The translations under genes and the position numbers were made by a program. Of a DNA stretch of 39,297 bases, positions 8,753 to 17,788 are shown one piece after another. Positions within the stretch are counted from its first letter, which is position 1, and every line of letters starts with the position of its first letter. Under the pieces are notes generated by a model. It was not told the origin of the DNA. It saw only the letters and a list, made by a program, of their open reading frames with translations, and ran no database searches. The DNA is from Microbacteriaceae bacterium (GTDB taxonomy: Bacteria; Actinomycetota; Actinomycetes; Actinomycetales; Microbacteriaceae), in NCBI GenBank assembly GCA_032117735.1, contig JAULYU010000237.1, forward strand, positions 1 to 39,297, read 5' to 3'.

Positions 8753-8769
8753 GAACCAGATAACGGGCA

Positions 8770-9552
8770 CTAATCGCCGCGGGCGGCGAATCGGCCCGCG
8801 AAACGAGAGACCGTAATCGGGATCCCGAACGCCGCACTGAGTGTTTCGGAATCGAGCGTGGAACTAATCGGACCCGCGGAATGCACCCGTCCATCGGTCA
8901 GGACGAGCGCGTGGGTGAAACCGGGAGGGATTTCTTCGAGGTGGTGCGTGACCATGATCATCACGGGTGCGGTCGGTGAGTTGGCAAAATCACCCAGCAG
9001 TCGAACCAACTCCTCCCTCGACCCGAGGTCGAGGCTCGCGGCGGGTTCGTCCAACAACAAAATCTCGGGGTCGGTCATCACCGCGCGGGCAATCATCGTA
9101 CGCTTTTGCTCACCGTCGCTCAGTGTCCCGAACCTGCGGTCCGCGAGACGGTCGAGTTTCCATTCGGACAGCACCCGTCGCGCCCGCTCTTCGTCGACGG
9201 ACTCGTACTGTTCGTTCCATCGGCCGGTCACAGCCCACGCCGCGGTCATCACGACATTGACAACCGTTTCGGTGGGCGGAATCTGACGGGCCATCGCGGT
9301 AGAGGCGAACCCGAGTCGCGGCCGCAAGCCGAAGACGTCTCCCTCCCCCATGTTCTCACCGAGTATCGTCAGGATGCCGTCCGTGGGGTGTTCGTAGGCC
9401 GCCGCGAGGAGGAGCAGCGTGGTTTTTCCCGCACCGTTCGGGCCGATGACGACCCAACGCTCGTCATCTCCGACGGACCAGGTTACGTCGTCGACAATCA
9501 CTTTGCCATCGCGCACAACGGACACATTCTCGAACTGAACAACGGAAGTCAT
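8770..9552 (-). CDS. ABC transporter ATP-binding protein (no adjacent permease)
   Basis: Walker A GPNGAGKT, signature LSDGEQKR, Walker B LLLDEP, H-loop VTHH. Confidence 0.92.
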   Translation of the reverse strand: MTSVVQFENVSVVRDGKVIVDDVTWSVGDDERWVVIGPNGAGKTTLLLLAAAYEHPTDGILTILGENMGEGDVFGLRPRLGFASTAMARQIPPTETVVNVVMTAAWAVTGRWNEQYESVDEERARRVLSEWKLDRLADRRFGTLSDGEQKRTMIARAVMTDPEILLLDEPAASLDLGSREELVRLLGDFANSPTAPVMIMVTHHLEEIPPGFTHALVLTDGRVHSAGPISSTLDSETLSAAFGIPITVSRFAGRFAARGD

Positions 9553-9561
9553 GATGGTGCA

Positions 9562-9596
9562 AGACTACGCGAGCGAGGCAGACCACGGGCTATTCT
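9562..9596. promoter_or_regulatory. Divergent -10 pair: TAGTCT (minus, ABC ATPase) and TATTCT (plus, serB)
   Basis: TANNNT hexamers in the divergent intergenic region. Confidence 0.5.
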
Positions 9597-9646
9597 GTTG
9601 TTCAAGTCCGTTGCACTGTCGGTGCGACGCTCGGGCGGGAGGTCCT

Positions 9647-10288
9647 GTGAGTCGATTCATTGTGATGTGCGATGTGGACTCCACGCTCATCAACGAGGAA
9701 GCCATCGATTTGTTGGCTGAAGCGGCGGGTTCCGGATCTGAAGTTGCGGCAATAACGCAGCGGGCAATGAAGGGGAAACTTGACTTTGCGGAGTCCCTGG
9801 TGTCGCGAGTCGCGACCCTGCGGGGACAGCCAACCGCGATAGTCGACGACGTCCTCGGAAAGATCACATTCACTCCCGGTGCGGCGTCCCTGGTTGATGC
9901 GGTCCACGATGCTGGCGGATATATCATTGCGGCGTCCGGCGGTTTCCACGAGATTCTCGATCCGCTCGCGACGCAGTTGGGGCTCGATTCGTGGGCCGCG
10001 AACGGCCTTGAAGCTCTGGACGGTCACCTGACCGGGCTGACCTACGGACCGCTCATCGACGCGGAGGCGAAAGCGAAATTTCTCACCGCCTTCGCGAAGT
10101 CAAAGCGCGTGCCGATGGAGAACACCATCGTGGTCGGCGACGGAGCAAACGACCTGCCGATGATGCGTGCCGCGGGAATGTCCGTTGCGTTCTGCGCTCA
10201 CCCCGCCGTCCGCGAGGCCGCGACAATCCGAATCGACGTGCGGGACCTTTCGCTCGTCGCGTCACTCTTCGGGCGCCGCTCCCACTGA
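9647..10288 (+). CDS. serB: Phosphoserine phosphatase
   Basis: DVDSTL, ITQRAMKGKLDFAESL, SGGF, GDGANDL motifs; GTG start with GGAGG SD at 9638-9642. Confidence 0.92.
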   Translation: MSRFIVMCDVDSTLINEEAIDLLAEAAGSGSEVAAITQRAMKGKLDFAESLVSRVATLRGQPTAIVDDVLGKITFTPGAASLVDAVHDAGGYIIAASGGFHEILDPLATQLGLDSWAANGLEALDGHLTGLTYGPLIDAEAKAKFLTAFAKSKRVPMENTIVVGDGANDLPMMRAAGMSVAFCAHPAVREAATIRIDVRDLSLVASLFGRRSH

Positions 10289-10296
10289 GCGTTGGG

Positions 10297-11007
10297 TCAG
10301 TGCCCCATCCCTAGCCCACCATCCACCGGAATAACGGCACCCGAGATGTAGGCGGCGTCATCCGACGCGAGCCACGCAACAACCGCAGCCACCTCGCCCG
10401 GTTGAGCGAACCTTCCCGCGGGAATGCTCTTCTTGTAGGCGGCTTGTTGCTCTTCCGACAGTGCCGAGGTCATGTCGGTCTCGATGAAACCGGGGGCAAC
10501 AACGTTGGCCGTGATTCCTCGACCACCTAGTTCGCGCGTGAGCGATCGGGCAAAGCCGACGAGAGCGCTCTTGGACGCCGCGTAATTCACCTGTCCCGCA
10601 CTTCCGAGTAGTCCGACAACGGACGAGATGAAGATGACACGACCGAACCGCTGTTTGATCATCGAATTGATCCCACGTTTGACGAGGCGGAACGAACCGG
10701 TCAGATTGGTGTCGATGACCGTTTCGAAATCGTCGTCGGTCATTCGCATCAGGAGAGTGTCCTTCGTGATTCCGGCGTTCGCTACCAGAACCTCAATCGG
10801 TCCGAGCGCGTCTTCCACGGTCGCAATCGCGGCACTGAGGGAATCACCGTCCGTGACATCCGCCTGGACGGTGAGACTGCCCGCGGGTCCTTCGCCGCTC
10901 CGTGCCGTGACGGCAACGCGATGCCCCAGGTCGATGAATTTTTCGGCGATGGCGCGACCGATTCCACGATTCCCACCGGTTACCAGAACGGTTCGAACTG
11001 TTGTCAT
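10297..11007 (-). CDS. fabG: 3-oxoacyl-ACP reductase
   Basis: TGGNRGIG, NAGITKD, NYAASK, VAPGFIETDMT, C-terminal DGGLGMGH typical of actinobacterial FabG1. Confidence 0.93.
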   Translation of the reverse strand: MTTVRTVLVTGGNRGIGRAIAEKFIDLGHRVAVTARSGEGPAGSLTVQADVTDGDSLSAAIATVEDALGPIEVLVANAGITKDTLLMRMTDDDFETVIDTNLTGSFRLVKRGINSMIKQRFGRVIFISSVVGLLGSAGQVNYAASKSALVGFARSLTRELGGRGITANVVAPGFIETDMTSALSEEQQAAYKKSIPAGRFAQPGEVAAVVAWLASDDAAYISGAVIPVDGGLGMGH

Positions 11008-11014
11008 GACTTCC

Positions 11015-11036
11015 AGCGTAGTGGTGGGCGTAGACT
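11015..11036. promoter_or_regulatory. Divergent -10 pair: TACGCT (minus, fabG) and TAGACT (plus, DUF3099)
   Basis: 7 and 6 nt before their ATGs within a 35-bp intergenic gap. Confidence 0.6.
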
Positions 11037-11042
11037 GACAAC

Positions 11043-11321
11043 ATGTCTCGGGACCTGCAATCCCTCACCTCGCTTCCAGTTTCTCCGAACGAGGAAAGGC
11101 GGTCGCGCCTCAGTCAGTACATGCTCGCGATGTTTCTGCGTCTCGTGTGTCTGTACGCCTGTTTCATTGTTCCCGGGTGGTGGATTCTCATCCCGGTGAC
11201 GGGCGTTGTGGTGCTTCCGCTGGTCGCCGTCGCTCTCGCCAACGTGGTCAACTCGTCGAAAACCAAGTCGCTGCGTGCCCGCGAGTCAAACGTTCCGAGT
11301 CTGACGAGTTTTACCCCGTGA
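11043..11321 (+). CDS. DUF3099 family small membrane protein
   Basis: QSLTSL..SP.EER..R..QY..AM..R..C and LP..AVALAN pattern; location divergent from fabG and before SURF1. Confidence 0.78.
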   Translation: MSRDLQSLTSLPVSPNEERRSRLSQYMLAMFLRLVCLYACFIVPGWWILIPVTGVVVLPLVAVALANVVNSSKTKSLRARESNVPSLTSFTP

Positions 11322-12115
11322 GCGTCTGGCGGCTCGCCGCCACGAGACGGTGGATCGGGATTCTGGGATTCACACTTGCGTTCGCTGTCGCGTGCATCGG
11401 ACTCGGTCAGTGGCAGTTCGATCGACGCGCGAGCGCACAGGCGGCCATCGCACTGTTGGACCGAAACTACGCGATTCCTACGTCGTCGTTGTCTCAGGTG
11501 GTCGAGACCGTGGACGAGTTTGACCCCTCCGAAAAATGGCGATCCGTGCGGGTCAGCGGTGAATATGACCCCACTGTGTTGTACGTGCGCACACGTTCGG
11601 GTGCGGGAGGCATTGGCTTCGAACAGCTCGCGCTGCTCGCCCAAGCCGACGGCACGGTCTTCGTTGTCAATCGCGGCTGGGTTCCCGCGAACGGCGACAA
11701 CTCGGCGCCTGCCGAGACTCCCGCCCCGCCACTGGGCCCTGTGACCGTCACCGCCCACCTCGTACCCGGCGAACAGCACATTGTCGGGCGGGATGCCCCC
11801 GCCGGACAAATTGCGACGATTCACCTCGCCGCGATTGACGAACTCAGTGAGGGAAACGTCTATCAGGGTTGGTACGGCCGTGTGCAGACGGAATCGCCCG
11901 CGGCCGACACGGGTTCACCGTGGGTGAGACCCGTCCTCGGCGAAGGACCCCACCTGTCCTACGCACTCCAGTGGTACGTGTTCGCTGCGATGGGGTTCTT
12001 CGGTTACGGGTGGGCGCTTCGCAAAGAACACCGTGGCGACGCCGTACCCACACCGAAAGCCCGAAAGCGCGCGAGCGACGAAGACATCGAGGACCGTGCG
12101 CTCGACGCGCGCTAG
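11318..12115 (+). CDS. SURF1 family protein (cytochrome oxidase biogenesis)
   Basis: LGQWQFDR, VNRGWVP, GPHLSYALQWYVFA motifs; GTGA overlap with upstream stop. Confidence 0.9.
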   Translation: MSVWRLAATRRWIGILGFTLAFAVACIGLGQWQFDRRASAQAAIALLDRNYAIPTSSLSQVVETVDEFDPSEKWRSVRVSGEYDPTVLYVRTRSGAGGIGFEQLALLAQADGTVFVVNRGWVPANGDNSAPAETPAPPLGPVTVTAHLVPGEQHIVGRDAPAGQIATIHLAAIDELSEGNVYQGWYGRVQTESPAADTGSPWVRPVLGEGPHLSYALQWYVFAAMGFFGYGWALRKEHRGDAVPTPKARKRASDEDIEDRALDAR

Positions 12116-13710
12116 GACAGTTCGATGAGTTCCTGGTACTCGGCGCTCCAGTGGTCCTCGACGCCATCGGGCATGATGAGGACACGTTCCGGATTGAGTG
12201 CCTCGACCGCACCGGGGTCGTGGCTCACCAGGACGACCGCGCCCTTGTAGTGGGACAGCGCGCCCAGGATTTCGTCCCGCGATGCGGGATCGAGGTTGTT
12301 CGTGGGTTCGTCCAGGATGAGCACATTCGCACTGGAAACGACCAGCGTGGCGAGAGCGAGGCGTGTCTTTTCACCGCCGGACAAGACCCCGGCGGGCTTA
12401 CTCGCGTCGTCGCCCGTGAACAGGAATGACCCGAGTACCTTGCGCGCCTCTGTTTCTCCGAGGCTGGGCGACGCCGACATCATGTTGGCGAGAACCGTTT
12501 GTTTGATGTCGAGCGTTTCGTGTTCTTGCGCGAAATAGCCGACGCGAAGCCCGTGTCCGGCATCGATCGCTCCGGTGTCGGGTTCGTCGACACCCGCCAG
12601 AATTCTCAGCAGGGTTGTCTTCCCCGCGCCGTTGAGTCCAATCACGACAACCTTGGAGCCTTTGTCGATTGCCAGGTCGACCGCGGTGAAAATCTCGAGC
12701 GATCCGTATGACTTGGACAGATTGTGCGCCATGATAGGCGTTCGGCCACACGGAGCGGGGTCAGGAAATCGCAGTTTGGCGACCCGATCCTGAACTCGAA
12801 CGTCGTCGAGTCCGGCGAGCATCCTTTCGGCGCGAGCGACCATCTGGTGGGCGGCTGCGGCTTTGGAGGCCTTCGCTCCGAACTTTGCGGCCTGTAACTG
12901 CAGAGTTGTCGCCTTCTTCTCGACGTTCGACCGTTCCTTCTTGCGACGCTCTTCGTCCGCTTCGCGCTGGCGAAGATAGTTCTTCCAGCCCATGTTGTAC
13001 ACGTCGAGCCGTTCGCGGTTCGCGTCGAGGTAGAACACCCGGTTCACCGTTTCGGTGACGAGCGCCACGTCGTGGGATATTACGATGACGCCACCACGGT
13101 AGTTGGCGAGAAAGTTGCGCAGCCACACGACGGAATCCGCGTCGAGGTGGTTGGTCGGTTCGTCGAGAATCATGGTCTCGGCATCGCTGAAGAGGATCCG
13201 AGCGAGTTCGATACGGCGGCGTTGCCCGCCCGAGAGCGTATCGAGTGGCTGACCCAGCACGTGGTCGGGTAGTCCAAGGTTGTTGGCGATGGACGCCGCC
13301 TCTGCTTCGGCGGCGTATCCCCCGAGCGCCGTGAAGCGATCGGTGAGGTTCCCGTAGCGGTTCATCGCCGCCGCCGCGATATCGGGGTCGTCAGCCCCCA
13401 TCAGTCGGCTGGAATCTTCCATTTGCACCAGAATCGAGCCGAGCCCGCGCGCGTCAAGAATTCGGGTTCGCGCGAGCTGAGACGGGTCGCCGGTTCGCGG
13501 GTCCTGCGGCAGATATCCGAGTTCACCGCGTACGGAAAGGTTGCCGCCGCTCGGCGGCAAGTCACCGGCGAGCACCTTCGTCAGAGTGGTCTTCCCTGCA
13601 CCGTTTCGACCGACCAGTCCGACTTTGTCACCCTTGTCGACACGGAAGCTGACCTCGGACATCAGTGTTCGAGCCCCAACCCGAATTTCGAGGTTGGTGA
13701 CCTCGATCAT
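12112..13710 (-). CDS. ABC-F family ATPase (ribosome-associated)
   Basis: Two NBDs (GRNGAGKT/LSGGQ/LDEPTNHLD and GLNGAGKT/LSGGE/LDEPTNNLD) with charged linker and no TM segments. Confidence 0.93.
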   Translation of the reverse strand: MIEVTNLEIRVGARTLMSEVSFRVDKGDKVGLVGRNGAGKTTLTKVLAGDLPPSGGNLSVRGELGYLPQDPRTGDPSQLARTRILDARGLGSILVQMEDSSRLMGADDPDIAAAAMNRYGNLTDRFTALGGYAAEAEAASIANNLGLPDHVLGQPLDTLSGGQRRRIELARILFSDAETMILDEPTNHLDADSVVWLRNFLANYRGGVIVISHDVALVTETVNRVFYLDANRERLDVYNMGWKNYLRQREADEERRKKERSNVEKKATTLQLQAAKFGAKASKAAAAHQMVARAERMLAGLDDVRVQDRVAKLRFPDPAPCGRTPIMAHNLSKSYGSLEIFTAVDLAIDKGSKVVVIGLNGAGKTTLLRILAGVDEPDTGAIDAGHGLRVGYFAQEHETLDIKQTVLANMMSASPSLGETEARKVLGSFLFTGDDASKPAGVLSGGEKTRLALATLVVSSANVLILDEPTNNLDPASRDEILGALSHYKGAVVLVSHDPGAVEALNPERVLIMPDGVEDHWSAEYQELIELS

Positions 13711-14036
13711 TGGACGCTGAAGCCGAGCGCGCGCATCATGTCGCGCCCGTCGTCCGTGATGCGTTCAACACCCCACGGTGGCATCCACACCCAGTTGATG
13801 CGGAAGCGTTCGACCACGCTATCGAGCGCACTTTCCAGTTCCTTCTCAATGACGTCAGTGAGAGGACACCCCGCGCTCGTGAGTGTCATCGACACGACGA
13901 GCGCGTCATTTTCGTCGTCCCAACCGAGGTCGTAAATCAGGCCCAAGTCAACGATGTTGACTCCGAGTTCGGGGTCAATGACGTCTTTGAGTGCTTCGAG
14001 AATCTCGTCAAAACGGTCAGCGGCGAGTTCTTTCAC
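13707..14036 (-). CDS. sufT: Metal-sulfur cluster assembly factor (DUF59/SufT)
   Basis: VIDPELGVNIVDLGLIY, TLTSAGCP, WMPPW. Confidence 0.9.
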   Translation of the reverse strand: MKELAADRFDEILEALKDVIDPELGVNIVDLGLIYDLGWDDENDALVVSMTLTSAGCPLTDVIEKELESALDSVVERFRINWVWMPPWGVERITDDGRDMMRALGFSVQ

Positions 14037-14791
14037 GGCGCCTCCACCAGGTAACGGTCATAGCCTTCTTCTTCGAGGCGGTCGGCGAGTTCCGGCCCGC
14101 CCTCTTCCGCGATCGCACCGTTCACGAACACGTGGACGTAGTCGGGGCGGATGTATCGCAGGATGCGGGTGTAGTGCGTAATGAGCAGCACTCCCATTCC
14201 GGTTTCCTCTTTGACACGGTTGACTCCCTCGGAGACGACCTTGAGCGCGTCCACATCGAGACCCGAGTCCGTTTCGTCAAGCACCGCGAAGGCGGGTTTG
14301 AGGAGTTCCATCTGGACAATCTCGTGGCGCTTCTTTTCGCCACCCGAGAAACCCTCGTTGACGTTTCGTGCCGCAAACGACTCGTCCATCTTGAGGTCGG
14401 TCATTGCCTTCTTGACCTCTTTACCCCAGGTGCGGAGGCTCGGTGCTTCGCCATCGATGGCGGTCTTGGCGGTGCGAAGGAAGTTCGAGACGGACACGCC
14501 CGGAATCTCGACGGGATACTGCATGGCGAGGAACAGTCCGGCGCGGGCGCGCTCGTCAACGCTCATCTCGAGCACGTTCGCGCCGTCCAGCAGAATCTGA
14601 CCCGACACCACGGTGTAGCGCGGGTGCCCCGCGATTGTGTAAGCGAGGGTGGACTTGCCGGAGCCGTTCGGGCCCATGATTGCATGAGTCTCACCCGAGT
14701 TGATGGTGAGGGTCACGCCGGTGAGGATCTCTTTTGTTCCCCCGTCGATGTCGATCGACACGTGCAGGTCTGTGATTTCTAAGGTAGCCAT
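14033..14791 (-). CDS. sufC: Fe-S cluster assembly ATPase SufC
   Basis: GPNGSGKST, FLAMQYPVEIPG, NEGFSGGEKKR, LDETDSGLD, ITHY. Confidence 0.97.
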   Translation of the reverse strand: MATLEITDLHVSIDIDGGTKEILTGVTLTINSGETHAIMGPNGSGKSTLAYTIAGHPRYTVVSGQILLDGANVLEMSVDERARAGLFLAMQYPVEIPGVSVSNFLRTAKTAIDGEAPSLRTWGKEVKKAMTDLKMDESFAARNVNEGFSGGEKKRHEIVQMELLKPAFAVLDETDSGLDVDALKVVSEGVNRVKEETGMGVLLITHYTRILRYIRPDYVHVFVNGAIAEEGGPELADRLEEEGYDRYLVEAP

Positions 14792-14793
14792 GA

Positions 14794-15114
14794 TTACTTT
14801 CGCGTAGTGGTGTCAACGTATATGTCCGAACCGTCGATTTCGACGGCAAAGACGGGGACCGGCTCGAACGCCGGGAAGTTTCGGGGTGATCCATCAGTCA
14901 ATCCGAACTTTGATCCGTGTGCCCAGCATTCGATGGTGTCGTCTTCGACGAAACCGTCCGACAAAGAGATGTCGCCGTGCGAGCAACGATCGCCCAAAGC
15001 ATGAACAGCGCCGGAGGTCTCTCGAACAAGGGCAATCGGAATGTCGTCGATGACGACCTTCATTGCTTTACCGGGAGCGAGCGTGTCGAGCGTGGCGACG
15101 AGCTGCCGGGTCAT
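14794..15114 (-). CDS. Rieske-type ferredoxin
   Basis: CSH...CWAHGS Rieske ligands; inside suf operon. Confidence 0.92.
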   Translation of the reverse strand: MTRQLVATLDTLAPGKAMKVVIDDIPIALVRETSGAVHALGDRCSHGDISLSDGFVEDDTIECWAHGSKFGLTDGSPRNFPAFEPVPVFAVEIDGSDIYVDTTTRK

Positions 15115-16253
15115 GCGCCAACCTCAATCGCATCGAGGGAGTCACTGAGCGTCGCGGTGAGACGCTCTTCGAGTTCGGGACTCGCGATTCGGTTGACGAC
15201 GTCCAGCAGGAATCCCAGAGCGACGAGTCGTCGGGCTTCGGTTTCGGTGATTCCGCGGGACTGAAGGTAGAACAGGTGTTCGTCGTCGAGGCGTCCGGTC
15301 GCACTGGCGTGCCCGGCTCCGGCGATGTCGCCCGTTTCGATTTCCAGGTTCGGTACCGAGTCGGCGCGGGCGCCATCCGAGAGCACCAGATTGCGATTCG
15401 CTTCGTAGGAATCTGTCCCCGTTGCATCCGGGCCAATCAAGACGTCGCCAACCCACACGGTTCGAGTTCCCTTACCGTGCAGAGCGCCCTTGTAGAGGAC
15501 GTCAGAGTGCGTGTGCGCCGCTTTGTGGTGGACGAAGACCTGGTGTTCGATGTGCTGGCCACGCTGTGCGAAGTACACCCCGAGTGACTCGACCCGTGCT
15601 CCGGCTCCGGCCAGGATGAACGCCGGATTGACGCGCTGGACCGCTCCGCCCAGAGATACCAGAATGTGATCGACCTGAGCGTCCTTGTCGATGCGGACGA
15701 AGTGCGACGCCGCGTGAATCGCGGTGTTCTCCCACTCGCCGAGGTGAATCAGCCGACCGTGTGAGCCGTCGTGCGCGACAATCTCGACGTTTTCGGCCAG
15801 CGCGGCATCCCCCGAATTCTCGATGATGACCGTCCGGTGGGTGTTGGCGGTGAACTCGATCACGAGGTGCGCGGCGCGCACACCCGAGAGGGAACGGCGA
15901 ATGACCACTGGTTCACCCTCGCCGGACACGACGACGTGCAGAGCGTCAATCGTGGCGGACCATGCCCGGGACGAAACCCGGTCCTCGGGTAAACCGGCTT
16001 GTCCCGCTATGTCGGCGAGTGGCACCCAACTGTGCTCTGCTTCGGTGACGGTGACGTCATAGTGCCCGCCGTCGAGTTCGCCGTCTGCGAGCGCACTGAG
16101 CGCCGTGATCGGGCTGAGACGCCATTCCTGCTGGCGGGCAGAGATGGCAGGGAAATCATCGGGGTGAACCGATGCGAAGCGTTCATTGCGTGTTTGAACG
16201 GGTGCGTCAGACCATTGGGGCGCGCCGGATAACGCTGTCGTGGGTTCCGTCAC
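15111..16253 (-). CDS. sufD: Fe-S cluster assembly protein SufD
   Basis: [40 protein letters not shown]. Confidence 0.94.
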   Translation of the reverse strand: MTEPTTALSGAPQWSDAPVQTRNERFASVHPDDFPAISARQQEWRLSPITALSALADGELDGGHYDVTVTEAEHSWVPLADIAGQAGLPEDRVSSRAWSATIDALHVVVSGEGEPVVIRRSLSGVRAAHLVIEFTANTHRTVIIENSGDAALAENVEIVAHDGSHGRLIHLGEWENTAIHAASHFVRIDKDAQVDHILVSLGGAVQRVNPAFILAGAGARVESLGVYFAQRGQHIEHQVFVHHKAAHTHSDVLYKGALHGKGTRTVWVGDVLIGPDATGTDSYEANRNLVLSDGARADSVPNLEIETGDIAGAGHASATGRLDDEHLFYLQSRGITETEARRLVALGFLLDVVNRIASPELEERLTATLSDSLDAIEVGA

Positions 16254-17671
16254 TACCCGACCGACCCTTCCATGTTCATTTCGATGAGCTTGTTGAGTTC
16301 GAGCGCGTACTCCATCGGAAGTTCACGGGCAATCGGCTCGATGAAACCGCGGACGATCATCGCCATGGCTTCGTCTTCCGCCATCCCCCGCGACTGCAGG
16401 TAGAACAGCTGTTCTTCGCTCACGCGCGAGACAGTGGCCTCGTGTCCCAGATGAACGTCGTCCACGCGGATGTCGATGGCAGGGTACGTGTCACTCCGAG
16501 AGATGGTGTCCACGAGCAGGGCGTCACACCGCACGGTGTTGGCCGAGTGATGAGCCCTCTCTCCCATGCGCACCTCGCCGCGATAACCGGCGCGTCCGCC
16601 CCCACGGGCGATTGACTTCGAGATGATCGACGACGTGGTGTTCGGTGCGAGGTGGATCATCTTGGCGCCGGCGTCCTGGTGCTGTCCGGGTCCGGCGAAG
16701 GCAACCGAGAGCGTTTCGCCCTTGGCGTGTTCGCCGACGAGATAGATCGAGGGGTACTTCATCGTGACCTTCGACCCGATGTTGCCGTCCACCCACTCCA
16801 TCGTCGCGGCTTCGTGTGCGACGGCGCGCTTGGTCACGAGGTTGTAGACGTTGTTCGACCAGTTCTGAATCGTCGTGTACCGGACGCGCGCGCCCTTCTT
16901 GACGATGATCTCGACGACAGCGGAGTGCAGCGAGTCCGACTTGTAAATCGGAGCGGTGCAGCCTTCGATGTAGTGAATGTACGAGTCTTCGTCGGCGATG
17001 ATCAGCGTGCGCTCGAACTGACCCATGTTCTCGGTGTTGATACGGAAATAAGCCTGGAGCGGGATCTCGACGTGAACGCCCTTCGGGACATAGACGAACG
17101 AGCCCCCCGACCACACCGCGGTGTTGAGCGCGGCGAACTTGTTGTCGCCGCTAGGAATGATGGTTCCGAAATATTCCTTGAACATCTCGGGGTGTTCCCG
17201 AAGCGCCGTGTCCGTGTCGAGGAACAGAACGCCCTGCTGTTCGAGGTCTTCGCGAATCTGGTGGTAGACCACCTCGGATTCGTACTGGGCCGCGACTCCC
17301 GCGACGAGGCGCTGACGCTCGGCCTCGGGAATCCCCAGACGTTCGTAAGTTTTCCGGATGTCTTCGGGCAGATCTTCCCAGGACTGCGCCTGACGTTCGG
17401 TGGACTTGACGAAGTATTTGATGTTGTCGAAATCGATTGCAGACAGGTCAGCACCCCAGTTGGGCATCGGTTTCGTGAAGAACAAATCGAGGGCTTTCAA
17501 GCGACGCTCGAGCATCCATTCCGGCTCGTTTTTGCGGGACGAAATGTCGCGAACCACGTCCGCGTTGATTCCGCGTCGTGCGCTCGCACCCGCCGAGTCT
17601 GAGTCGTGCCATCCGAATTCGTATTGACCGAGGCCCTCGAGTTCGGGGCGGTCAACGATGATGTCTGCCAT
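16253..17671 (-). CDS. sufB: Fe-S cluster assembly protein SufB
   Basis: [44 protein letters not shown]; ATG 17671 with GAAAGGG SD. Confidence 0.97.
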   Translation of the reverse strand: MADIIVDRPELEGLGQYEFGWHDSDSAGASARRGINADVVRDISSRKNEPEWMLERRLKALDLFFTKPMPNWGADLSAIDFDNIKYFVKSTERQAQSWEDLPEDIRKTYERLGIPEAERQRLVAGVAAQYESEVVYHQIREDLEQQGVLFLDTDTALREHPEMFKEYFGTIIPSGDNKFAALNTAVWSGGSFVYVPKGVHVEIPLQAYFRINTENMGQFERTLIIADEDSYIHYIEGCTAPIYKSDSLHSAVVEIIVKKGARVRYTTIQNWSNNVYNLVTKRAVAHEAATMEWVDGNIGSKVTMKYPSIYLVGEHAKGETLSVAFAGPGQHQDAGAKMIHLAPNTTSSIISKSIARGGGRAGYRGEVRMGERAHHSANTVRCDALLVDTISRSDTYPAIDIRVDDVHLGHEATVSRVSEEQLFYLQSRGMAEDEAMAMIVRGFIEPIARELPMEYALELNKLIEMNMEGSVG

Positions 17672-17788
17672 GGTTTTCCCTTTCACGTCTAGAACACGTT
17701 TCATCGTGTCGACGAACCGCACGGCGTGCGGTGCGAACGTAGACTGGCGTCTAACTGCTCACACCCTCATCCTACCCGTCAGGCGTCC

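Noticed and set aside
12112-13710. ABC-F as an antibiotic resistance determinant
   Set aside because: Core context next to suf genes and no attenuator leader suggest a housekeeping ABC-F; resistance cannot be supported from sequence alone
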